A program made the position numbers and the translations under genes. A DNA stretch of 64,000 nucleotides from Felis catus (taxonomy: Eukaryota), in the NCBI RefSeq assembly GCF_018350175.1, contig NC_058368.1, positions 197,534,001 to 197,598,000 on the forward strand, written 5' to 3'. A model generated the notes under the pieces. That model ran no database searches, was not told the origin of the DNA, and saw nothing but the letters and a program-made list of their open reading frames with translations. How positions within the stretch are numbered: the first letter of the stretch is position 1; each line of letters begins with the position of its first letter. Positions 1-12,434 of this stretch are shown in pieces.

Positions 1-859
<859 letters not shown>

Positions 860-984
860 CCAGGGGCCGTGGGGTGGCTGTGCTGGGGGGCGCGTCCTGC
901 ACTCAGCCTGTAGGGTGCTCTGGGCTCCCCGGGCGCGTCGGACCCAGCCTGCGCTCTGGAGAAGCCGCCCCGGATTGCGCGCTG

Positions 985-1060
985 CCCGTTATGTGCACAG
1001 GACTTTAGGGGACTGCCCTCGCGGTGACGTGCGGCAACTTTCCGCCAATGGCGGGCGGGC
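985..1060 (-). promoter_or_regulatory. ADRB2 core promoter: TATA-like CATAA and CCTAAA, CRE-like GCACGTCA (1025-1032), inverted CCAAT (1045-1049), GC box (1051-1060)
   Basis: Minus strand reads ATTGGCGGAAAGTTGCCGCACGTCACCGCGAGGGCAGTCCCCTAAAGTCCTGTGCACATAACGGG, collinear with the human ADRB2 proximal promoter as recalled (CRE GTACGTCA). Confidence 0.8.
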
Positions 1061-1094
1061 AGCCCCAAAGGGGCGAGGCCCGGTCCCCTTCCCG

Positions 1095-1149
1095 CCCTCC
1101 CCTCCCTTCCCCTCCCCTCCCCTCCCCTCCCCTCCCCTCCCCTCCCCTC
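1095..1149. repeat. Polypyrimidine/polypurine tract with (CCCCT)8 (1109-1148)
   Basis: Directly visible 55-bp pure C/T tract. Confidence 0.95.
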
Positions 1150-1483
1150 GCCCGTCCCCTCCCGGGGCTGGCCCGGGCGGGGCCCAGCTGCTCCCCTGCG
1201 GTGGGCGGGCCACCTCTCCCTGCCTGCTCCCTGGCTGCCCCCGGAGGCCTGCAGCTGGGGCTGGCGTGCGCACCATCCGATCCGGGAGCTTGGGGCTCTT
1301 TGGGGGCTGCTACCTGTCTGACCCGGGCCCCGGGGCGGCCTCTCCCCCACATTAGGCAACAGAGACGACAGTGCCCACCCCGACACGCACGGACAGGCAC
1401 ACATGCACCCCGACGGACATGCTCAGACTTATACGGAACCACAGCCACTGACACGGAGACACGCCCGTCCAGCGCACCCACAA

Positions 1484-1514
1484 GCACGCGCGCGCGCGCG
1501 CGCGCACACACACA
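1484..1514. repeat. (CG)9(CA)5 alternating purine-pyrimidine tract
   Basis: (CG)9 at 1487-1504, then (CA)5 at 1505-1514; alternation starts at 1484. Confidence 0.95.
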
Positions 1515-2112
1515 GAAAGCCACAGGCACACAGTCACCCCTGCCCAACAGAGACGGGGCCAAGAAACAAACACAGAAGCGCCCAGAAGCACAAAGGCATA
1601 GGGCACACACACAGAAAGAAGTAAACAACACACAACGCTCACTTGGCGGCAAGCAGAGCGCCACAGACTCGGACGTCCCCATCCAGGTACTCCTGACCCC
1701 TCCTTCGTGCACCCACTCCCCGCGACACACACGCACGCACGCACAGGGCACATTCCCTTTCAAACATTTGGCAGGACCACAGGAGGTGACTTGAACAGCT
1801 GCCCGATTTCCTCAGCACACTCACTGTCAAGTACTTTTGGTGCCCTCCTTGGGACTTTGCAGGCATTGGGACATATAATTTCACCCTTTGGGTTTCATTT
1901 GGAGTCGGAGCTGGGGTATGCCCGTGTGCGTTTGCGGCCGGAAGGAGAAGGTTGTGCACTTAAATTTGTAATTCTTGGGAGCGTGGCATCACTCCCTCCT
2001 TATCTGTGGGGATGGAGAGGAGTTCAACATGGAATGGTTTTCCTTTCAACCTCATCTTCAGCAATTCCATGGCAACTAGAAAAATCGTTTCATCTGCTGG
2101 GCAGTTGATCTG

Positions 2113-2192
2113 TGGGGTTGAGCCATCTGAAATTGCCCACTATCTTGTGGTTTCTGACTTGAAAAGTGACAATTTCATATAGATCCGACTAT
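2113..2192. mobile_element. MADE2-like mariner MITE fossil (~80 bp)
   Basis: Degenerate terminal inverted repeats GGTTGAGCCATCTGAAATTGCC ... GACAATTTCATATAGATCCGACT; length and sequence resemble the recalled MADE2 consensus. Confidence 0.7.
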
Positions 2193-2459
2193 TCGAATGT
2201 GTTAACGTTAAGAAAATTATGAAACCACAGGAAACAAGATAATTTCTCCTTTAAATAAAAAAAAAAAAGTCAGACTTAAGTCTTCAGACTGGGGTCTTTG
2301 TCCATGAAATATTATCCATTGCATCTGGCATAGGACTTTACTGTTAAAAGGAAATTAATTTTCAGGGTTTGACTTCACATGTATTAGTAGTGTCTTTGAA
2401 AGACTGAAAGCATTTCATGCAGTGTAACCAAACATGCTTTGCAGATTACATAATAACAT

Positions 2460-2675
2460 AACAATGGCTAACATTTAGGGAACATTCTGCTATGTGCTTT
2501 TCATGCATGATTCCATCTAATCCTTCCCACAGTCCCATGGTGGGGAGAGTACTATTTTTAGCTTAATTCACAAATGGGGCCCAAAGAAGCAAATAGCTTG
2601 CCCAGGAGCACAGGGCCCTGCGACGCCAGAGGCAGGAGGTGAATTGAGGTCTTGACTCTATAGCTCATCTTTTAA
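2460..2675 (-). mobile_element. MIR SINE remnant
   Basis: MIR-like antisense motifs (gctaacattta...gtgctttt catgcatgatt...gcttgcccaggagcacag...gtcttgactc). Confidence 0.65.
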
Positions 2676-5600
2676 TCCTTCCAATGCACTGTGGCCTCAC
2701 AAGCAGAGAAGCATGGAGGTTAGGCAAGAGGGACTGTAGCCAGAATTGGAATAGGCAGGTTCCAGATCCCCTGCTGTAGCGCTTTCTAGCTCACTTTCCT
2801 TAGGCATATCAAAAAGATGGACCCTAAGTGGGGAATCTTCCATCTCTAAGTGGGAAATAAAGTCGCTTTCATTGGGCTGAGTGTGAACTGAGTATGTAAT
2901 AATAAATGTGAAAGGGCTTGTGCACCTGTATATGCCACACAAATAGTGGTTATAAATGAAATGTGCATAAATCACTTAGTAGTTTGGAATATGTTATTCG
3001 TGTCCTCTAATAGAACCATCAAATACTTTAGGACAAATGTAACGTGGGTGTTGACTGTAGAAGTAAAAGTGCAGAAACAAAATATAACCTGCATGCCCCC
3101 TTTAACTTCCTTTACTAGCCAGAAATTGTTTTTGCGAGACCGATGCCTTAAAAAGCAAATATTTCCCATAAAAGGCACAAATATTAATTAAAGATCTATT
3201 ACGTTCCCATAGTGTCCAAAATATACCCACCCCATATTTGTGTTTTCCAAAATTGGCTCTGGTATGATGCATTTTAGGAAGAGGCAGTGTCTGTTATGCA
3301 ACACAGTTTCTTTAAATATACATCTAGCCCGAATTGTGGAACTAAGCCATTTAAAACCTCCTTCCTGTTTGTAAAGCTATGGAATAAATAAGCGTATTGT
3401 TCAACCTTCCCATAACAACAACAACAACAACAACAACCAAAGACCAAAGAAAGCCCTTTCAGGGCAAACACGAATTGATCACGGAGATATACAAATGAGT
3501 CACTTCAAAGTTTAACTTTGAATATTTTGGGAACCCCCTTTTTAAAACGCCCACAAACACTAAATCAAGGAGGCAAGACTGTTCAGGTCAAGGAGGAGCT
3601 TCCAGCCTTTACGCATCAGCTTTCCCAAATGGACAGTCTCTCCTTCCCTCCCTCTCTGTCCCCATTACTTTCTCCCTCCCTGCCCCTCTCTCTCCCCACC
3701 CCCTCTCTTTTTCTCTCTGCTGCCTCATCAAGCCAGTAGGAATTTCAAGATGCTGTCTTCACCCCAAGAGTCTTCTCCTGACCTCCTTTTAGAATTACAG
3801 GTGTAGAGAGAGTTATATTGGGAAAGAGGGGAACAGATCATTTAGTTCATTTCCCCCCACCTCCTCCAGTTTACAAACGAAGAAGGTGAAGTGTAGAAAT
3901 ATGAACTGTCGAGGGGAAGGCGCCAGGGAAGCCACAGCATCCTTACGTCTCTTCACTGCCCAATGCTGTCCCTTCATTTGTCAGCAGAGGACTTTGATTG
4001 GCCCTGCTTGCTGGGCTGGTGAACTTAGACACATAATGCTTCAGCTGGTCTTGGAAGTTCTTAGTAGACTAAATGCACCTTTATCTGATGGAAGAAAAAA
4101 GCAAGCTCTTTCATAGTGATTGATAGTGTCTAATTACATATTTTGTCAATCCCTTAAGACACCGATTTGTCATTTCCTGCTTGCCAAACAGAAAAAAAAA
4201 ATCTTTTGTTTTACTGAACAAATATTTGAATAGGAGTAAGGTTTTGTGGTGACTGGGAAAGTCCTGACACCATGAGCGGGACAGTTGAGGAAAATCTTAT
4301 CCCGTTCTTGGCTTAGATGAGATTCCTTCCATCGTTATGATCCTCTGAGCAGAGAAACATCTGTAGATTTCTTTCAAAATCAAGATCTTAAATGTCTGTC
4401 TGTAATATTATCTTTGTATAGCATCACTCCATTCCATTTGCATTAAATGAGATTAAATGCATGTAAAGTATTTAGTGGCTCCCTTGGAAAAGAGATGACT
4501 CCTACCGTTTGCTTATTTTTGAATCCAAATGTACATGTAGAATGCACACTTATTAGATCCTATGTGTGAAAGGACACGTTGAATGTGGATCATGAGTCAT
4601 TTGTCTTTAATTTGAATTGCTGGGAAAACGAATGAAAGCAGGAACAAAAACTTGGTTCCTTGCAAAGAGAAATGACTCTGAAAATTACCATCGCCACTGA
4701 GTTATAGAACTGGGTGGAATGTTCGTGGTTTTTGAATGCAGTGTCCTACAGCCTGGTCAGCTCCGTATACGATGCATCCACCAGAACTCTCAGACGGCTC
4801 TAGGGAGGGCAAGCTCACCAGATCCTTCTGCCACTGTCTGTTTCGACTGTCCAGATAGTGACCTGAGATCCCGTACAGCTCCTGCCTGTGGATTTTAAGT
4901 CTGCCCCCTTGAGGCCACTCAAAACAAGTCTCCTCTCTCTTCCCCAAGACTGTCCTCAAAGCTTTTGGGGGGAATCCCTTGGAATTCTCCTGAGCCTTCT
5001 CTTCAGCTTAAATATCCCTTGTTCTCTCGGGTCTGGAGTCTCCTTTACCATCATGGCAGATCCCTTCTATTCTGACTCGGGACTGCTGATGTCTAAACTT
5101 AACATCAATACCTGGAATGATCCTGGAACAAGTCCTCAAATAATCAATTTGCAGTCACCTTGGCAACCGCAGAGTAAGCAGAGCCACCAGCAAAGCTTTC
5201 AGAACAGCTGATTAGACCAGATGAATTTAATTTCCTGCTATGCTGGCCTTTTATGAGATACATGCTAATAAATTCTCCGCCTCTCAGGGGGGGACGGAAC
5301 AAAGGGAGCTGGCTTCAATTCAAGCAGGAGAGACTTCAGTTGGTCCTATGAAGGACTCCTTGGCCTGCAGACCATCAGTCATTCAAAGAAACTAAACTCT
5401 AGCAGCTTTTCTCACTTGGGGCCTTGCAAGAGAATTGAACCCTGCAGAAAATTGAGTGACTGTTCTTACCAATTCTCCCAAGAACGGTACATAGCTATCA
5501 CCCTCCTAGAGATGTAAGAGAGAGGTTCAGTTGCGACATACCACGTAAAGGATGCATCAGGGCATAGGCCTTGATTCTTTTGCTGAATCTCAGTGGCGTT

Positions 5601-6029
5601 GCATGCGGTCTCCCGCCGATGTGGGAATGAACGTTGTGTGACGACGAACGCTTCTATGTGGTACAAGCTGTTGGGCGCAGAGGAGGGCACACGGATGGGG
5701 GACCGGGAGGCCCAGACTCTGGTCCCACAACAGCTATCCTGCTATAAACAACCTTAATCAAGTCCCCTGCTTTCTTTGTGCCTCAGTATTCATCCATGAC
5801 GTGGGAAGGTGGCCTAGGTGACATCTGAGGCCCTTCTGTTCTAAGCTGAGCAAGCCTGTTGTGGGAAGGAGGCACGCGGAGGGTCATTGAGGAGTCGAGT
5901 TCTTGACTCTGAAGCCAGGGAGGAGCTGGCAAGCAAAACCTGTCAATGCCCCCGAAAACGACGGGGCTCCGTCTTCCATCCCGTCAGCCCCATATTTCAC
6001 CGCTGTGATTCCCGCTATTCCGAGCAGCC

Positions 6030-6320
6030 GGCGTGCCATGATTTACTCAACACTTTTTTTGACGGTGACTTATTTCTAAAACTCAAACGCATTTGTTTTC
6101 GAAGAAAATGTTGTATGGCTGCCACTACTGCACGTGGAAAACGCATGTCATCCGCCACAAATAGAAGGTAACCATGAAAACAAAACAACGGTAATAAATT
6201 CTAGCTAGACGTTGTCGCCTGCCAAGGTTCTGAGCCCCACGCTTGCTCTCCTCTGATTGAAAAGGAAGATTAGCAAGTGTTGGGGAGATATTGATGGTAT
6301 TCTAGCACCAGAGGGGACTT
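6030..6320. mobile_element. Probable hAT-Charlie DNA transposon fragment
   Basis: aaatagaaggtaaccat...aaattctagctaga...gcctgccaagg...gattagcaagtgtt resembles a recalled Charlie-family internal sequence; subfamily uncertain. Confidence 0.4.
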
Positions 6321-6335
6321 CCTCCATCTACTTTA

Positions 6336-6559
6336 TTTTATTATTTTTTTTTAATGTTTTTTTTATTTATTTTTGGGACAGAGAGAGACAGAGCATGAAC
6401 GGGCGAGGGGCAGAGAGAGAGGGAGACACAGAATCGGAAACAGGCTCCAGGCTCCGAGCCATCAGCCCAGAGCCCGACGCGGGGCTCGAACTCACGGACC
6501 GCGAGATCGTGACCTGGCTGAAGTCGGACGCTTAACCGACTGCGCCACCCAGGCGCCCC
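6336..6559 (-). mobile_element. Young felid Can-SINE (SINEC_Fc-type)
   Basis: Full length with A box, B box, (CT)n region and A-rich tail; perfect 15-bp TSD CCTCCATCTACTTTA (6321-6335 and 6560-6574). Confidence 0.97.
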
Positions 6560-7499
6560 CCTCCATCTACTTTAAAAGACGGAAAGAAAATTGAAAAGGG
6601 AGCAACTCGTAGGCGGTACTCTGTGTTTAATGTGGTGTTACTGCCTTCAGTAAAATAATTCAGTATTTGCCTTCAGTAAAATAATTTCATACTCCACCTC
6701 GAGGAATCTCAGCCCCAGACTGGTGCTCATGAGACCCCTTGATGTGATAGGAAAAGCACGGGTTTGGGAAGAGATGGGATCTGGGGTTCCAATTCCGTCT
6801 TTAACCCCCTGAGGGCATCAGGCAGTGTGCTTAAGCCCTCTGGACCTCAGGCTGGTTCTTTGCAAAATGAGGATCAAACCTCTGGGATGGTTGTGGAGGG
6901 AACAGAAAGAATGCATGAAAAACTGGACTTGGAAAGGAAGGGAGAGAACCAAGAGACGTGACACTGGAACAGACCAGCCGTACTCGGACTGGCTGTGGGT
7001 TGGGGAGTTGAGCCAAAGGAGTCAGGGCCGTCGCCCATCAGGGACTGGACGAGTAGATCAGTGGCCTGAATGTTGTTCGGACAGGTTGGGGTGATGGGTT
7101 CAGATATGGCCATATCGAACTTGGGGTTGCGACTGGACAAGAAAATGGAAGTTAGGATGGCATAGGGATTAGGAGATAAAGAGATCTGGGGGAACGTGTC
7201 TGCCAGGGGCTGGAACACTGGAAGTGTTCCCTGCATAGCAGTTCTGGCAGAGGATCCTTTGACGGTTAAATGAAATAATGCGTTTAAGGAACTTAGCACA
7301 GAGTTTCCAAAAGAAGTGTTTATCATCGTCATCATCATCGCCCTAGATTTTCCAGCACAGCTTTAATTTCAGGACATTTTATTCATTTCCCCAAAGGCGG
7401 CCTTTTAAATGAATAAATTGATCCAACAGGGAAACAGAATCTTTCGTATACATCAAGCCACGAATAGTGGTGTAACCTCTGAGATGGATGTTTGGGAAA

Positions 7500-7680
7500 T
7501 GTGTTAGGTTGGATTTCTTAGCATCGCTGCGCTGAGGGTTTGTGTGCAGGTGATTGATGGAGGAAGGAAGAGAAACCAGCCACGGAGGGGAGAAGCAAAG
7601 TCAGTGTGTGGCTTCAGGCAGTGACCCAGGCCCAGCCTGATGGCCTGATCCTTTGAGGAGCTCTGGAGCGACTCTGGAGC
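7500..7680 (-). mobile_element. ERVL LTR16-like fragment
   Basis: tgtgttaggttggatttctta...tgtgtgcaggtgattgat...ccagcctga...gagctctggagc resembles LTR16-family ends. Confidence 0.45.
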
Positions 7681-7689
7681 CAACTGCTT

Positions 7690-7895
7690 GGTTTGAAGCC
7701 CTGCTCCCTCTGATTCGTAGCTGTAAGACCCTGGACAAGTTACTGACTCTCCTTGTGTCTCGATTTCCTCATCGGTAAGTTGGAGTTGTTGACGTTAGGA
7801 CCTCACACTCTCATGGGGTTGTTAAGAGGAACAAACGAGTTCATATCTGCAAAGTGGTTCGCACTAACCCGGCGCATTTCAAACGCTAAATTAAT
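7690..7895 (+). mobile_element. MIR SINE remnant
   Basis: Core motif agctgtaagaccctggacaagttact...gtgtctcgatttcctcatcggtaa...ggttgttaagagga. Confidence 0.75.
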
Positions 7896-9094
7896 TACTG
7901 ATACTAAACACAGGGAAGCCGTGGGAAGTTCTGTTAGCTGTGGCGCTCAGGAAACCTACCGCAGGGAAGAGGCTGTATATGCAGCCCCTTGGACTGAGTT
8001 GCTGCTAAGTGCAAACTTCCCGGGGTCTGAGCCTAAGAAAAGGAAATGCACAACGTGTGGTGAGCCCTGCAGGAAAGAAGCAAAATGATTGGGGGGGATC
8101 AAGCAGTATCTGCAGCAGCAGAGGAGGGCTTGAAGCAGGGCGGAAGGGAGAACAATGGAGAAGATAAAGCTGGATGTGACTGGGGAAGAAGGGGAGAGGA
8201 AGAAAATTGCATTCGGTCTGCTCAGGAAAGGAAACAGGGCTGACTTCTCGCCAAAACAGGGCCTTGGGAAAGATCTCACTGGGTCAAGGATGGGAGGTCC
8301 AGATGGCCCAGCTGGGGTAACCACCGTGGGGCAGCGAACATGCCCTGGGTCCAGAGGAAGGAGAGCCCTGTCCTGGCCCTCGCACCTCTGTGTTACTGTC
8401 CCTCCCTGGGTCTCAGTCTGGTCCCCAATCTGTCAAGTGAGAAGGCTGAATCAACTGATGGCACCAAAGTCAAGGGGTCGTCAGGGGGTCTGAAAGCCAA
8501 TAGGCATAGTTCCTGTTAACGATGTGTATATTAGATGCCAGGGGCTGAGTTTAGCACCTACCACGTATACTCTCTTCTTTTATTCTCGTTTCTGTGCAAT
8601 GCTACAAGGTAGACACGGTTATGCCCATTTTTCAGATGAGAAAATGGAGGCTCAACATTACAGCCTGGCCCCAGTACCACGGTAGGCGAAAGGAACAGAG
8701 GGGCTACAAATCCAGCTCTGTCGGATGAGAAACCTTCCCCTGACCTGCTAACTACAGGACTCAGATGCAGACGTCCGGTCAGCGCAAGGACAGCGTGTTC
8801 AGGCTGTGCAGGAGAAGCGCCCTGGCTGTCAGGGTCTTGCAGCTGAGTTTTTACCAGACTGCTGGGCTAAAGAGGCAGCAGTTTCCAATCACTTACGGGA
8901 AAAAGGCCAAATGACCAAGATTTGGGGCCAAGCATCCCGGTCACTCTTTCTAAAAGGAGAGGGAGAACGTCAGAAGCAGGAAATCAGTGGCCACGAGCCT
9001 CGGGGTTTTGCCCAGGTCCCTTCCTCCACCCCTAGAGCTGCTGCATCCAACCTCGTTCCCTCCTCCCCTCCCCCTGCTCTGGTCCCCACCCCCA

Positions 9095-9150
9095 ACACAC
9101 ACACATTCACACACACACACACACACACATGCACCTGCATGCACACACAC
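9095..9150. repeat. Imperfect (CA)n microsatellite; a second one lies at ~9370-9401
   Basis: Directly visible. Confidence 0.9.
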
Positions 9151-9492
9151 TCACGCTTTGTCAGCTTCTTTCATCAAGACTTGCTGACTATGAGACTGGG
9201 TTAGATGCCTTTTCTATATGCTTTTGTGCCACACTATACCCTGGCGCTCAGCCCATATTATTGTCATTCCACATTTTGCTTGTCAGTACTTTTATCCATC
9301 TTTGTGTCCCCAACACTCCACCACAGAGACCAGAATACAGAAGGCAGGTATTCACTACACATGCATGTGCACACACTCACACACACACGCACACACACAC
9401 ATTGCCCTAGATATTCTTAAAAGTACGGGGCAGAGGGATATTACAGAATGAACAAATGAACAAAGGTCCTTGCCTTTAAGAAACTCAGAGGC

Positions 9493-9774
9493 ATCTGTCT
9501 TTCTCTGTATGACTTATTTCACTTAGCATCACACTCTCCAGTTCCATCCACATTGCTACAAAAGGCCGTATGTCATTCTTTCTCATTGCCACGTAGTATT
9601 CCATTGTGTATATAAACCACTTAAAAACTGAGAATCAACTGAGGGTTGATGGGGGGTGGGAGGGAGGGGAAAGTGGCTGATGGGCATTGAGGAGGGCACC
9701 CGTTGGGATGAGCACTGGGTGTTGAATGGAAACCAACTTGACAACAGATTTCATATTAAAAAAGAAAAAGAAAA
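9493..9774 (+). mobile_element. 5'-truncated, 5'-inverted felid L1 insertion
   Basis: 15-bp TSD AAGAAACTCAGAGGC (9478-9492 and 9775-9789). 9493-9620 is antisense L1 ORF2 C-terminus (WFIYTMEYYVAMRKNDIRPFVAMWMELESVMLSEISHTEKDR). 9621-9774 is sense L1 3'UTR with G-rich stretch and A-tail. Confidence 0.93.
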
Positions 9775-11687
9775 AAGAAACTCAGAGGCTCGTAAAGGAG
9801 GTTGGTACATCAACTCGACTTCCATGCAGTGGAGTAAATCCTGTGACAGAGCTAAAGATGTGGTTTTGTGGGCAAAACACTAATTCAGCCCCCACCTCCC
9901 CACGTAAAGACTCAGGAGATGACCTAGGGAAAAATTCCAAAACAGCAGCTGTGCCTCAGTTCACAAAGCGTCTTTAGCCAAGAGGCTAATGGGATTCTTA
10001 AAAAGAAAATAAATTAGCAGAGCTGTTTGGAGAGTAATTTGGTAGACTTCATTGGAAAGTAAGCTGCACATATCCTTTTGTCCAGCAATGCCCTCGCTTG
10101 AAATTTGTTCCTTAAATGTCAGATGCGTACGTAAGGATACGGCTTCAATTTTGTTTGTAATATGGAGTAAAACTAAACTAATTGTTCAGAAAGGGGAAAT
10201 GGTGGAGTAAGCCAGAAGAAACCAATAGTCATGACGTGTAATTACTAAAAAGGATGAAGTAGGTCTAAATGTGGGGACTCAGGAAGTTCTCCACGTTCTA
10301 TCAGTAAGGTATAAAAGCAAATTGTGTACCAGATTATACAAAATTATCTCAGTTTTTTTTTTATGTTAAAAACATACGTATGATAGTTTGGGGCGCCTTA
10401 GCTACTCCTCCCAGGTCCTGCTGAAAGCCCTAGGTGGGGCATAGTTAGCGGTGAAACACGGAGCTGCCTCTCAAGGATTTATTGTGATATTGCGAAGATA
10501 AGAAGGATAATTATATGACAGGGCGTGTGACAAAGGCTATAAAAGAGGGTTAAAAAGAGATCTGCATTAACAGAAGCCTGGTCTTGTTAGTTATGTGAGG
10601 GAAGATGAAGAGAAATCAAAGAGTTTCATTTGGTTGGTGGCCATGAGCTAGCTGGGTGTGGAGGACGGACTTGACTTTGGGAGTCAGGTGTGGAAGAAGC
10701 GAATACCACGGAGAAGAAACCCTGTGACCGGGTGCAGAAGTGGGAAGCTTTAAACTATGCTTGAGCAGCGGCAACTATTCCAGGAGAACTATGCCACCTG
10801 GTCCATGGAGAGGGCACCTGGTCCGTGGAGAGGGGAACGGTGAGGTTTGCTTTGTGCCATATATTTTGAAAGCCCTTGAATACCGGGATAAGGATATGAG
10901 GCTTCCGGACATCATGGAAGGGGGTGGGACAGGCCACAGAAAGCCACAGTCGGGAAAAAAAGCCCGTAGTGGGATACACGAGGCTATTTTGCAGAGGTGT
11001 GCCCAGCAGCCCTGTGCCAAAGGGGTGGATGAGGAAAGAAACCACTGTGACAAGGGAGTAACCTGGTGCTGCCCCCGTGGCTCTTTGCTTGGTACCCGGT
11101 CTTTGTTTCCTCGTTTGTAAAGCAGATCTTGACCCTTCTCCTCTCTGCCCCAGACTGGCAGTGAATCAAACACACAAATGTGTGTGTGGCTCTGGGCCTT
11201 GTTGCTTTCCCACAGGGTTCGTGTTCATTGCTGGGAGAAAATACAGGACAGACCTCAGCAAGTGGAGAGTTCAGGTGCACCCGGGGGGAGGGACACGTGG
11301 CAAGCTGTGGGAACATATGGGGTGGTCATCTGGGCCCTGGAGCCTGGAAGGAAGTGAGTGGATCTACATGCAAAATCCAGAAACGACAAGAAAACTTTCA
11401 TCTACCACACTGGCAAAATGTAATGCTTTCCAAAACCTCAGGGTTGGAACAGGACTCAGGAAGACACTGTTATGACACATTATGCGGTTACACAGGTACT
11501 GTCCCAAACACACGGGTCTGTCAAGTATATATAGAAAGGATGTTCACTGACGTTCTGCATAATTAAAAACCAAAATTTTGTTTAGCGTGACGTGAAAGGG
11601 CACAGTAAAAAACCAAAAACTGGAAATAAGGATAAATAAATTAATGTATTGATATGCCTGGACTATTATGCAAACACAGATATCCGG

Positions 11688-12230
11688 AGCAGCTTTATTC
11701 ATAATTGCCAAACTTGGAAGCAGCCAAGAGGTCCTACAGGAGGCAAATGGATAAATAACTTGTAGTGCATCCAGACAATGGAATCTTGTTCTGCGCTAAA
11801 AAGAAATGAGCTATTAAGCTGTGAAAAGATATGAAAGGAACATAAATGCATGTTACTAAGTGAAAAAAGCCAGTCTGGAAAGGTTACGCGTACTGTGTGA
11901 CTCCAACTCTATGATGTTCAGGAAAAGGCACACTTAACAGGGATGATAAAACGACCAGCAGTTGTCAGAAGTTAGCGGGGAGGGAGGGATGAAGAGGCAA
12001 AGCACAGAGGATTTTTAGAGCAGTGAAACTAAAGTGTCAAAATCTTTAGAATGTGCAGCACCATGGGGGAGCCCTAATGTAAACTATGGAATTTGGTCTA
12101 TCGTGATCTGTCAATGTAGGTTCATCAGCTATAACGAATGTACCTCTCTGGTATGCATCTGTGTGGGGAAGAGGGCGTACCTTCCTCTCAGTTTGCCATG
12201 AACCTAAAACTGCTCTTAAAAAATAAAATC
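11688..12230 (+). mobile_element. Ancient L1 3' end (L1MC1-like)
   Basis: agcagctttattcataattgccaaacttggaag...ccagacaatggaat...aaaagaaatgagcta...gccctaatgtaaactatgga...aacctaaaactgctcttaaaaaataaa. Confidence 0.8.
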
Positions 12231-12232
12231 CA

Positions 12233-12434
12233 TTTTTTTTTTAAAGTTTATTTTTGAGAGACAGAGAATGAGCAGGGGAGGGGCAGAGACAGAGGGAGAC
12301 ACAGAATCTGAAGCACGCTCCGGGCTCCTAGCTGTCAGGGCAGAGCCCGACGCGGGGCTTGAGCCCACAAACAATGAGATCATGACCCTGAGCCGAAGTC
12401 GGATTCTTAACTGACTGAGACACCCAGGCGCCCC
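12233..12434 (-). mobile_element. Can-SINE inserted in the tail of the old L1
   Basis: Antisense Can-SINE body ending cacccaggcgcccc; flanked by aatccatt on both sides. Confidence 0.93.
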
